NCBI GenBank assembly: GCA_036844485.1
Contig: DAIUFS010000004.1
Span: forward strand, 4,925-68,924
Direction of reading: 5' to 3'
DNA: 64,000 bases
Origin: Candidatus Dormiibacterota bacterium
Lineage (GTDB): Bacteria > Chloroflexota > Dormibacteria > Aeolococcales > Aeolococcaceae
Shown: in pieces, positions 15,837-22,902 of the stretch
Numbering within the stretch: the first letter of the stretch is position 1
How the letters are laid out: the number at the start of each line of letters is the position of its first letter
Position numbers and translations under genes: made by a program
Notes under the pieces: model-generated
What the model saw: only the letters and a program-made list of their open reading frames with translations
Database searches by the model: none
Told to the model about the DNA's origin: nothing

Positions 15837-17318
15837 TCACTTTGTCTCGAGGTAGCGGAACGCGTTCGGCTTGGCGACTGCCGTCCCGGTGCGCCACCAG
15901 TAGTAGAACCCGCGCTGACCGGTCGGGAAGCGGCTCGCAGCGCCGAAGACGTGGGGGACGAGCTCCACCTGCGAACCGATGCGGTCGCCGATCACGAAGC
16001 CGGACCAGTCGGCCACGATGGCGGTCTTCTGACCGGTCGTGGTGGTCCCGGTCTGCATCGTCGACCATTCGACCTTGGGCGTGCCCAAAAACGGCCCGCC
16101 CCGGCCGGAGCCGAACGGCTCGGGCTCGGTGGTGTTGCCGCCACCGACGAAGCGGAAGAACGTGTCCCACACGGTGGGGTGAGCGACGAAGGTGGCCTGC
16201 GTCCAGAACCGGGTCTGTGCCAGCGCGCCCTTGACGCCGTACAAATCGCCGATCACGGTCGTGGCCGTCGTGGCGGTCTGCACACGCTGGCTCGTTGTCA
16301 GGCCACCCGATGCGGCGAAGATCCCGACCGGCTCGTTGGTGCCCGTGCCGCTCAGGAACTTGGTGGCGTCCAGGATGTCGCGACCGTCGCTGAGCAGCTT
16401 CAGCAGCTCCTGCTGGAGGCCGGCCCAGTCCTGGCCCAGCTCGATCGAGAAGGGGATGAACGATTGTCCCTTCTGGGCGGTCACGGTCGGCTGCACCAAA
16501 GTCGGCGTGCCGTCCCCCACTTCCGTCAGCTCGGCCGCGTAGGTGCTCGCCGGCGTGTCGGCCGACACCAGGCGCAAGGTGTACCCGGCCATCTGGCGCA
16601 CGTCCGCCACCGACCGGATCGGGTTGAGAGCACCGGAACTGGTGAGCAGGATCGTGGGGTCGATCTCGATCGGGATGGCGAAGCCACCCGACGCCCCGGT
16701 GCCGTCCACCATGGCCCGCTCGCTCTCGACCTGGCTGACTCGCTGCATCGCGGTCATCTCGTCAGCGGTCATGCGCATGCTGGCTGTGGTCCCGTACTGC
16801 AGGAGCTTGCCAAAGGCGCTGTTGTAGGCGGGATCACCGACTGCGGCGACGTAGCGGGCGATCATGCCCGCGGGGTCGTCGTGGCGCACCACGCGCTCCA
16901 TGCTGGTTGCCGCGCGGTTGGTCATAGTGTCGCTGCCCTGGCACCGCTCGAGGACGCGCAGGGCGCCATCCAGCGCCTGCTGGCGGTGGGGAGCCACAGC
17001 GGCGGTCCGGTCGCCGTCCTGGCGCTCAGAGGCGGAGCGCTGCAGGTCCTCGAACCCGGTCCCGGCCTCGGTTGCGAACGAGCCGGCCTCGTAGGCCCGC
17101 TGGATTCCAGCGCGGTGCTCGTCGCCGAGCTCCTTGAGGCGCTCGCTGGCCCGGTCGATGCCGCGCTGCACGTTGGCGCAGCGCTCCGTCAGGCCGTCGT
17201 TGGCGCCGTCCACCTCGAGCTTGATCTCGAGTTCGCGCTTCTGGTCGATCAGTTGCGCGACGCGAGCCCGCAGGGGCTTCTCGTCGGCGCGTATCTCGCT
17301 AAGGGTTCGTTGTGGCAT
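15837..17318 (-). CDS. HK97-fold phage major capsid protein with a long N-terminal coiled-coil (scaffold/delta-like) region
   Basis: The ATG at 17318 has GGAGGTG 5 nt upstream. The N-terminus is charged and helical (KRELEIKLEVDG...RLKELGDEHR). The C-terminal part resembles HK97 MCPs (GGFAIPIEIDPTILL...ALNPIRSVADV...FIPFSIELGQDW...ATFVAHPTVW). Confidence 0.8.
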   Translation of the reverse strand: MPQRTLSEIRADEKPLRARVAQLIDQKRELEIKLEVDGANDGLTERCANVQRGIDRASERLKELGDEHRAGIQRAYEAGSFATEAGTGFEDLQRSASERQDGDRTAAVAPHRQQALDGALRVLERCQGSDTMTNRAATSMERVVRHDDPAGMIARYVAAVGDPAYNSAFGKLLQYGTTASMRMTADEMTAMQRVSQVESERAMVDGTGASGGFAIPIEIDPTILLTSSGALNPIRSVADVRQMAGYTLRLVSADTPASTYAAELTEVGDGTPTLVQPTVTAQKGQSFIPFSIELGQDWAGLQQELLKLLSDGRDILDATKFLSGTGTNEPVGIFAASGGLTTSQRVQTATTATTVIGDLYGVKGALAQTRFWTQATFVAHPTVWDTFFRFVGGGNTTEPEPFGSGRGGPFLGTPKVEWSTMQTGTTTTGQKTAIVADWSGFVIGDRIGSQVELVPHVFGAASRFPTGQRGFYYWWRTGTAVAKPNAFRYLETK

Positions 17319-17503
17319 TTCGCCACCTCCCGTGAAGTCATGTTGAAGAGGCTGCATGGCAGCTTCCGATTGACTTCCGCGGGTGGTGTGAACCAGCCTC
17401 GGCGCTCTTCGCCTTCGGATCCCTGTCCGCAACGGCGGGTGCCCGGTGCACGGTGCAGCGGACGCGGGAGCCTATTGCCCAGTGTACCACCGGATTTCCG
17501 CTC

Positions 17504-17860
17504 TCAGACAGCGGGGGGCGGGCCGCCACCGTAGATATGGTTGAGGCGGTCGTTGTCCCAGCGTTTGGTCTGCTCCTCAAGCTCCGCCCTTGCCTTCTCG
17601 TCGCCGGCGACGACCCTGGCGCGGAGATTGGCAAGCTTGCCAGCCTCGAGCATGGCGATAGCAAATCCAAGGGCTGCTGGATAGTCGAGCGGGATATCGA
17701 AGCTTGCCAGGACACCGCCGTCCCGGTCCTCAAATCGGCATTTCATGATGACGATGGGCACGGTCAGGTCTGGCGTGGTGAGGAGGTGGGGTTCCGGCTC
17801 GATGACCCAGCGGCCACCAGGGGTGTTGGTCTGCTCCATGTCAGAGTCCTCCTCGTTCAT
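17504..17860 (-). CDS. hypothetical protein (element, upstream of capsid)
   Basis: 118-aa ORF in the same orientation as the capsid operon. An alternative ATG at 17839 avoids overlap with the upstream gene. No recognisable domain. Confidence 0.5.
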   Translation of the reverse strand: MNEEDSDMEQTNTPGGRWVIEPEPHLLTTPDLTVPIVIMKCRFEDRDGGVLASFDIPLDYPAALGFAIAMLEAGKLANLRARVVAGDEKARAELEEQTKRWDNDRLNHIYGGGPPPAV

Positions 17861-18116
17861 CGGGGGTGAAGGTGAATCGCGGGTCAGGCGGCGGGATCAC
17901 ATAGCCGCCAGGCACACGCCGCCAGCCGCCCAGATCGGGATCTTCGCCAGCGGCGGGCGCCTCGTCCACTGGTGGAGCTGCAGACGCCGTCTCGACCCGG
18001 TGTCGGTCCTCACTCGCCGCCTGCCGGCAGCGCTGCCCACAGAACCGGGCGGTTCGCCGCATGGCGAGGAACCGCTCGCCGCAGCGGACGCAGGAGATCT
18101 CGCGGCGGGTCAGCAT
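17841..18116 (-). CDS. small Cys4 (zinc-ribbon-like) protein
   Basis: 91 aa with CVRCGERF...FCGQRCRQ, the first gene downstream of the 400-bp non-coding region. Confidence 0.5.
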   Translation of the reverse strand: MLTRREISCVRCGERFLAMRRTARFCGQRCRQAASEDRHRVETASAAPPVDEAPAAGEDPDLGGWRRVPGGYVIPPPDPRFTFTPDERGGL

Positions 18117-18132
18117 CCCCCGAGCCCACCAA

Positions 18133-18176
18133 AATCCGACGCTAAGGACGTGCCGGCCGACGCTAATCCGACGCTA
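18133..18176. repeat. iteron/operator-like direct repeats: AATCCGACGCTA x2 plus one partial copy
   Basis: 12-mer AATCCGACGCTA at 18133-18144 and 18165-18176. A 9-mer CCGACGCTA also occurs at 18157-18165. The repeats begin 17 bp upstream of the minus-strand ATG at 18116. Confidence 0.6.
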
Positions 18177-18512
18177 CGGGCTGGAGTTCCCCCCTTTTGC
18201 GAGGTGCGCGCGATCGCCTCAGAACGGGAAAACTGAGGCCCTGTAAGGGATATTGTCACTTGTCTCTCCTCGGTGCGGAATTTTGGTATTTCTTGCATTG
18301 AACGGACCGTGCCAAAGAGGGTCACCGGACCGTAGCGCGAGACCCCCCCGCCCCCTTGGCATAGGCAGGTCAAGGTCCACGCGTTCAGTTCCTCAGCGGC
18401 GATGTCGGGTGGTCTCGGTCATGGCGTGGTGTCGGTGATGGGTGGTGGTGGATCGCGGACGATGAGGCCCTGCCACTGGTCCCACCCGAGCGACGCGGGA
18501 TACCCCGCTGCA

Positions 18513-18917
18513 TCAGAAAGGCAGCTCGTCTGCGGTGCCCGGACGTGGGGCATGAGGCACGTATCCAGCGGCGGCCATCTGCTCGGCCCAGTAGGCAGCC
18601 TGCTCGGCCTCCAGGCGGTCGTACTCGCCGCGATCCGCCGGCACGACACAGGAGGCGATGCTGCGATGCCAGGCCGCGTCATGGGCGCTCTCGCTCTGCT
18701 CCCTGTCGGCAGTGACAAGGATTCTCTGCCGCAGTGCATCCGGCGACAAGAAGGCACAGTCGTCGCAGACGGGGTGCTCGTCACCATCCTCGTCATTGAG
18801 GAAGGAGACGATCTCCACCTTGCTGATCATCTCGTCGCAGAGGTGGCACCAGCGCCGTGTGAGATGCGTCACCAGCTCGGGGCGGATAAGGATGCTGGTC
18901 GCTGTCGTGTCGGTCAT
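18513..18917 (-). CDS. hypothetical Cys-containing protein
   Basis: Start chosen at the ATG at 18917 (MTDTTATSILIRPELV...). Contains CHLCDE...CDDC. The upstream part of ORF 18513..19226 looks like non-coding composition. Confidence 0.5.
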   Translation of the reverse strand: MTDTTATSILIRPELVTHLTRRWCHLCDEMISKVEIVSFLNDEDGDEHPVCDDCAFLSPDALRQRILVTADREQSESAHDAAWHRSIASCVVPADRGEYDRLEAEQAAYWAEQMAAAGYVPHAPRPGTADELPF

Positions 18918-18951
18918 GGGGTTGCCTCCGTGGTGGTGGTTGTGTCGGTGG

Positions 18952-19284
18952 TCATGTCGCCTCGCCGGACGGGTTGCCGGGGCGGGATCGCCCGCTACTC
19001 GAGGGGCGGCAGCGCCCGCATCGCTCATTGGGATCGCCGGCCCGGAGCATGGCGGCGGCGGTGCTCCCACAGCCCGGGCACGGGGGATGGTGGAGCGCCT
19101 CGGAGAGCAGGATCTCGACGGGCTTGGAGAGCTCGGCGATGAGCTCGTCGCGGTGGGTGCGGATGTAGACCCGAAGGCCCGGTGTGATCCGAGCCGCAGG
19201 ACGCACCAGAAGGTGGCCGTCGTCATCCGCGGCGGCGGTAACCCTGGCGTCGATGAGGGGAGCGAGCAGGTTTGCGGTGGTCAT
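18952..19284 (-). CDS. hypothetical protein: TubC_N-like N-terminal motif plus a C-terminal zinc ribbon
   Basis: The ATG at 19284 forms an ATGA overlap with the helicase stop. N-terminus: LLAPLIDARV...DGHLLVRPAARITPGLRVYIRTHRDELIAEL. C-terminus: CPGCG...CGRC. Confidence 0.55.
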   Translation of the reverse strand: MTTANLLAPLIDARVTAAADDDGHLLVRPAARITPGLRVYIRTHRDELIAELSKPVEILLSEALHHPPCPGCGSTAAAMLRAGDPNERCGRCRPSSSGRSRPGNPSGEAT

Positions 19285-20852
19285 CAGAAGACCTCCGCCC
19301 CAGTCGCGGCAGTTGGAACAACAATGGAGTCGACCGCGGACCACTGCGGACCAGCGCCACTGTCGGCCGGTTGGTCCGCGTTGGTCCGCGGTCGCGGCCA
19401 TTGTGGGTCGGGGTGTAGATCAGCTTGCTTCGTGGCGACGCCGGCGTACCGGCGGGGCCGACGATCGCCCTCCTCTTCTCGAGGTCGGTGGATGCGCAGG
19501 TCCGGCACGACGGCTCGAAGATCTCGGCCGAACGTCTGGGTCGAGCCTGGTCGATGGCCATTGTCCTCTGCCCATCGCTTCCACTCGGAGTACAGCTGGT
19601 CGCAGGCCACCTCAAGCCCTGCTCCGCGGACGCAGCGATCCCGTACAAAGGCAGCCACCGGTGACACGAGATCCGCCAGGGCGATGACGGCATCGACCGA
19701 CGACTTCGGCTCGGTGAATCGGTCACGCTCACAAAGACGATCGAGCCCGTCCAAGGCCCAGTTGAGGATCCCTGGCAGCTCATCGGCGAGGTCAGGTTCG
19801 AGGGTGCGATCCTCCCGCCCCAGCCACGTCTCGGTCAGGGCGAGCACCACGAAACGGTTGGCGATCGCCCCCGAAGCATCACCGAACCGCGGCAGCTCAT
19901 TGGAGATGATCACGAATCGGGTGGGGAACTGGCCCGTCCATGGGTCGCGATATTTCCTGTCCACGGTGAGCATGTCGCGGCCGGAGATGGCCAGTAGCCG
20001 CTCGACAACCTGGTGGGTGTCCGCGTGGCCGAGGCGGGCATCGCTGATCACCGCCAGGGGCTTACCAATAAGATCCTGGAGCCCGAAGTTCTGGCCGAGG
20101 CTGGCGAGGGTGGGCCCGGCGACGTTGCCGGTGCCGATCAGCCGCCCGAGCATCCGCGTGATGACTCCCTTGCCAGCTCGGGTGGGACCGATCAGCAGGA
20201 GGATCTTGTCTAGATCCGTGCGACCGGAGAGCACATAGCCCATGAACTGCTGGAGCGCGCTGATGGCATCGGAGTCGTCCGGCCAGAGCTGCTCGAGGAA
20301 TCTCAACCAGCGGCCCGGGACGGATGCGTGGGCGTCGAAGTCGAAGGGCACCGAGACCTGCGTGAAGTAGCGCGGGTCATGCGCGTGCAACTCCCGGCTG
20401 GCCACGTCGAGCATGCCATTCTTGCAGACCACGATCTGCTCAGGGCCGCTCGCGCCATCAATCCAGACGGGCGGGTGCACAGTGTTCGTGAGGTGCGCGA
20501 CCGCTCCCATGGCCTCGAGCAGGTCGGTGCACTTGTGTCGATTCGGCGCCCAGTCGCGGAGCTCCTCACCGTCCTTTGTCGCGTGGACGTAGACGGCGTG
20601 CTCGGCTTGACGGTAGGCCCGAGCGCGGACGGTGCGCTCCTCGATCTCCGCCCAGACGCCACGCTCCCACTGCATCCACGAGCCGCGCCAGTGCCGCAGC
20701 ATGAGCGCACCGTTCTCGTGATGCTGTTCGGCGATCAGCTCGCGCGCCGTCGCCATCGGATTCGAGGGGGGCGGCAGGGTGCGAGGCTCACACTTCGCCT
20801 CGCCGGCGTCGCCGAGCAGGAGCATGGCCTCCTGTCGATTCGTCGCGCTCAT
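19284..20852 (-). CDS. phage/plasmid primase P4-family C-terminal domain protein (D5_N + SF3 helicase / NTPase)
   Basis: 522 aa with Walker A LLIGPTRAGKGV, Walker B-like LAVISDARL, and motif C FVIISNELP. The upstream D5_N-like region reads YFTQVSVPFDFD...LRFLEQLWPDD...LQQFMGYVLSG. Confidence 0.85.
   Translation of the reverse strand: MSATNRQEAMLLLGDAGEAKCEPRTLPPPSNPMATARELIAEQHHENGALMLRHWRGSWMQWERGVWAEIEERTVRARAYRQAEHAVYVHATKDGEELRDWAPNRHKCTDLLEAMGAVAHLTNTVHPPVWIDGASGPEQIVVCKNGMLDVASRELHAHDPRYFTQVSVPFDFDAHASVPGRWLRFLEQLWPDDSDAISALQQFMGYVLSGRTDLDKILLLIGPTRAGKGVITRMLGRLIGTGNVAGPTLASLGQNFGLQDLIGKPLAVISDARLGHADTHQVVERLLAISGRDMLTVDRKYRDPWTGQFPTRFVIISNELPRFGDASGAIANRFVVLALTETWLGREDRTLEPDLADELPGILNWALDGLDRLCERDRFTEPKSSVDAVIALADLVSPVAAFVRDRCVRGAGLEVACDQLYSEWKRWAEDNGHRPGSTQTFGRDLRAVVPDLRIHRPREEEGDRRPRRYAGVATKQADLHPDPQWPRPRTNADQPADSGAGPQWSAVDSIVVPTAATGAEVF
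19336..19389. repeat. four copies of an 8-bp motif (GCGGACCA / TGGTCCGC) arranged as an inverted pair of 10-bp-phased doublets; candidate replication origin or binding site
   Basis: GCGGACCA at 19336-19343 and 19346-19353. The inverted copy TGGTCCGC is at 19372-19379 and 19382-19389, where TTGGTCCGCG is an exact tandem. The site lies in the extreme 3' tail of the helicase ORF. Confidence 0.55.
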
Positions 20853-21361
20853 GCCGGCTCGTCCGTGGCGATGGCGGCGTCCACCGCCAGCGCGAGCCCG
20901 ACGTGGTCGACGCCGCAGGCCGCACTCACGACCCGCAGCGCAGCCGTGATCCGTTTGTCGAGGGTGCCGCGGACGAAGGCCAGCCTCGCCACCTCGCCGA
21001 GCAGCGCCGCCACCTGGTCATCGCCGAACGACGCCAGCGCAGGGCGGCCGTTCGGGTTCATGGTGATGGTGCCTTTCCAGGCCCGCGGCTTGAAGCGCTC
21101 GCGGCTTCGGGGTGGGAACAGGTCGGGGAACGACAACCCCGCGCTCATCACGATGTCGGCATTCGCACAGGACGCGAAGCAGTGCAGCAGCACGCGCCCG
21201 TCGTCGCCCTCCTTGACGCTGAGGGAGGCTTGGCGGTCATCGTGGTTCGGACACCGCGCCGTCCATCCGGCGCCGCTGCGACGCGTCCCCTCGAGGTGGC
21301 TCAGGACGCGGTCGACTGGCGTGGTAAAGTTAGGGTTGGAGCGCGGTGGCTGCAACACCAT
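20849..21361 (-). CDS. primase-type zinc-finger protein (no recognisable catalytic primase domain)
   Basis: WTARCPNHDDRQASLSVKEGDDGRVLLHCFASC is the CHC2-like pattern seen at the N-terminus of phage/plasmid primases. The start is taken at the ATG at 21361. ATGA-type overlap with the helicase start. Confidence 0.6.
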   Translation of the reverse strand: MVLQPPRSNPNFTTPVDRVLSHLEGTRRSGAGWTARCPNHDDRQASLSVKEGDDGRVLLHCFASCANADIVMSAGLSFPDLFPPRSRERFKPRAWKGTITMNPNGRPALASFGDDQVAALLGEVARLAFVRGTLDKRITAALRVVSAACGVDHVGLALAVDAAIATDEPA

Positions 21362-21674
21362 CCTCCGCAAACGCCCTGGTCCTGGTCGGGACTGGGGCGT
21401 TTCTTGTCTCGGCGTCGGCAAGCAGTTCACCGGCTCCGTGCAGCACGGGCATTGCCACTAGGACGCGGACGATCTCTCGCAGGGTGCGCTCAGAGATGGG
21501 TGCTCCATTCCGGCATCTCGTGAGGGTGTTCGGGCTGACGCGGGCAGCTCTGGCGACCGCGCCGGCGGTGGCGCCGCGGATGCGAAGCTCTCGCCGAAAG
21601 CGAGCGGGATCGAGGCGCAGTCCAGCATCACGTCGCTCCGATGCGAGCAGGGTGGTTGACGGTTGCTGCTCCAT
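21330..21674 (-). CDS. XRE-family HTH regulator (head of the replication operon)
   Basis: 114 aa with RIRGATAGAVARAARVSPNTLTRCRNGAPISERTLREIVRVL, an HTH_3-like pattern. Confidence 0.7.
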   Translation of the reverse strand: MEQQPSTTLLASERRDAGLRLDPARFRRELRIRGATAGAVARAARVSPNTLTRCRNGAPISERTLREIVRVLVAMPVLHGAGELLADAETRNAPVPTRTRAFAEDGVAATALQP

Positions 21675-21716
21675 GCGTAGACCATACGGAAACCACCTCG
21701 CTTAATCCATCACGAT

Positions 21717-22220
21717 ATGGATTGGCCAAGGCAGTCCGCGATAGTTGGAGAGCTGATGGAAGGTTGGATGAAGGCAGAGCCGATCGGCGACGCCCTCGAC
21801 TTCAGAATGGAGGTGTTTCGTGGGGACGGGCTGCACATCACGGCCACGGTGCACGTAGCCGACAACGGCCGGCGACTCGTGTGTCGCGCCCTCGAGTTGA
21901 GCACCGAGGATGGCCAGATCGACAGCCATCTACTCCGCGCGTTGAGCCTGGCAACACTGTGCCGGCGAGCCGCCGACCACATGGTAGGGCGGATCCCCCT
22001 GCCCAAACCGCGGTCGCTGACCGATGAGTTTCTCGCGCAGGTTGCTGTCGTCTACCGCCAGGCGATCCACAGAACGACGTGGACGGCTGTCGCCGAACTG
22101 CAGCAGTCCTGGTTCGGGGAGAAGAGGCCTGCAACGGAGACCACCGCTCGGCGCTGGATAGCCCTAGCTCGCGAGGCTGGGCACCTGAGGGAGACCATCA
22201 AGGGGCGCAAGGGAGGATGA
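21717..22220 (+). CDS. hypothetical protein with a possible C-terminal HTH, divergent from the XRE gene
   Basis: 167-aa ORF. A -10-like CTTAAT at 21701-21706 lies 10 nt before the ATG. The C-terminus TTARRWIALAREAGHL looks HTH-like. Confidence 0.55.
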   Translation: MDWPRQSAIVGELMEGWMKAEPIGDALDFRMEVFRGDGLHITATVHVADNGRRLVCRALELSTEDGQIDSHLLRALSLATLCRRAADHMVGRIPLPKPRSLTDEFLAQVAVVYRQAIHRTTWTAVAELQQSWFGEKRPATETTARRWIALAREAGHLRETIKGRKGG

Positions 22221-22326
22221 GGTCGCCGCCCTCACTCAGCGGAGCAGGCAGCCGTTGCAGGACAGAGCAACTGATCTGTCAACCGCTGTATCTGTATTCA
22301 AAAACCGGGGTCTAGCCGAGCGAATC

Positions 22327-22384
22327 TAGAGCGTCTGACTACGGATCAGAAGGTCGCGGGTTCAAATCCTGCTGGGCGCGCCAC
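22327..22384 (+). repeat. attR: duplicated 58-bp 3' fragment of tRNA-Arg (not a functional tRNA)
   Basis: Identical to 12636-12693. It lacks the acceptor 5' strand and the D-arm. Confidence 0.9.
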
Positions 22385-22451
22385 ACCCCGCTGGGACAGT
22401 GCCCGTCCGCAACGGTGCGGCGCAGGGCATTCGCCTACACTCCGTGGCTCC

Positions 22452-22868
22452 ATGAAGGGTCTGGGACGCATCTCCGCCGCCATCGGTGCCGCACTTGCCG
22501 GGCTGGGCGCGGCCGTCTTCCTGCACCCCCGGTCGGGGGCGCGCAACCGGAGCGCGGCCGCCGGCGTGGCCCGGCGCCAGTCCGCCAACGTGGCCACCAT
22601 GGTCGGGGCGTCCGTCGCTCGCGCCCCTGGGCGTGCCTCGCGCAGCGCAGCGGAGGTGGCGGATCGCGTGCGCGCCGCCCTCGCGGAGCAGCATCCCGGG
22701 GCGGTCGCGCTCCAGCTGACCGTCCAGAAGGGGACGGTGACCCTGCGGGGCGAGGTGGACCAACTCGACGATATCGACGCCCTCGAGGAGACGGCTCGGT
22801 CCGTGGCCGGGGTGACCGACGTCAACAACCTGCTCCGGCTTCCCACCCCCGCCGCCATCGGGGGATGA
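22452..22868 (+). CDS. BON-domain protein with an N-terminal membrane anchor
   Basis: 138 aa. The hydrophobic N-terminus is followed by VADRVRAAL...VALQLTVQKGTVTLRGEVDQLDDIDALEETARSVAGVTDVNNLL, a BON pattern. Confidence 0.7.
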   Translation: MKGLGRISAAIGAALAGLGAAVFLHPRSGARNRSAAAGVARRQSANVATMVGASVARAPGRASRSAAEVADRVRAALAEQHPGAVALQLTVQKGTVTLRGEVDQLDDIDALEETARSVAGVTDVNNLLRLPTPAAIGG

Positions 22869-22902
22869 GGCTCGCCGGACCCGGGTCCGGGTCGCGCCGG
22901 CC

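Noticed and set aside
15837-17318. Encapsulin (bacterial nanocompartment) interpretation of the HK97-fold protein
   Set aside because: It lies inside an integrase-bounded mobile element and is followed by an HK97-type prohead protease. It also has a long coiled-coil N-terminal scaffold-like region. No cargo-enzyme gene with a targeting peptide is adjacent.
22327-22384. Possible second tRNA-Arg gene or tRNA pseudogene
   Set aside because: Only the 3' 58 nt are present, with no 5' acceptor strand or D-arm. The identical repeat plus the adjacent integrase makes it the attR duplication.
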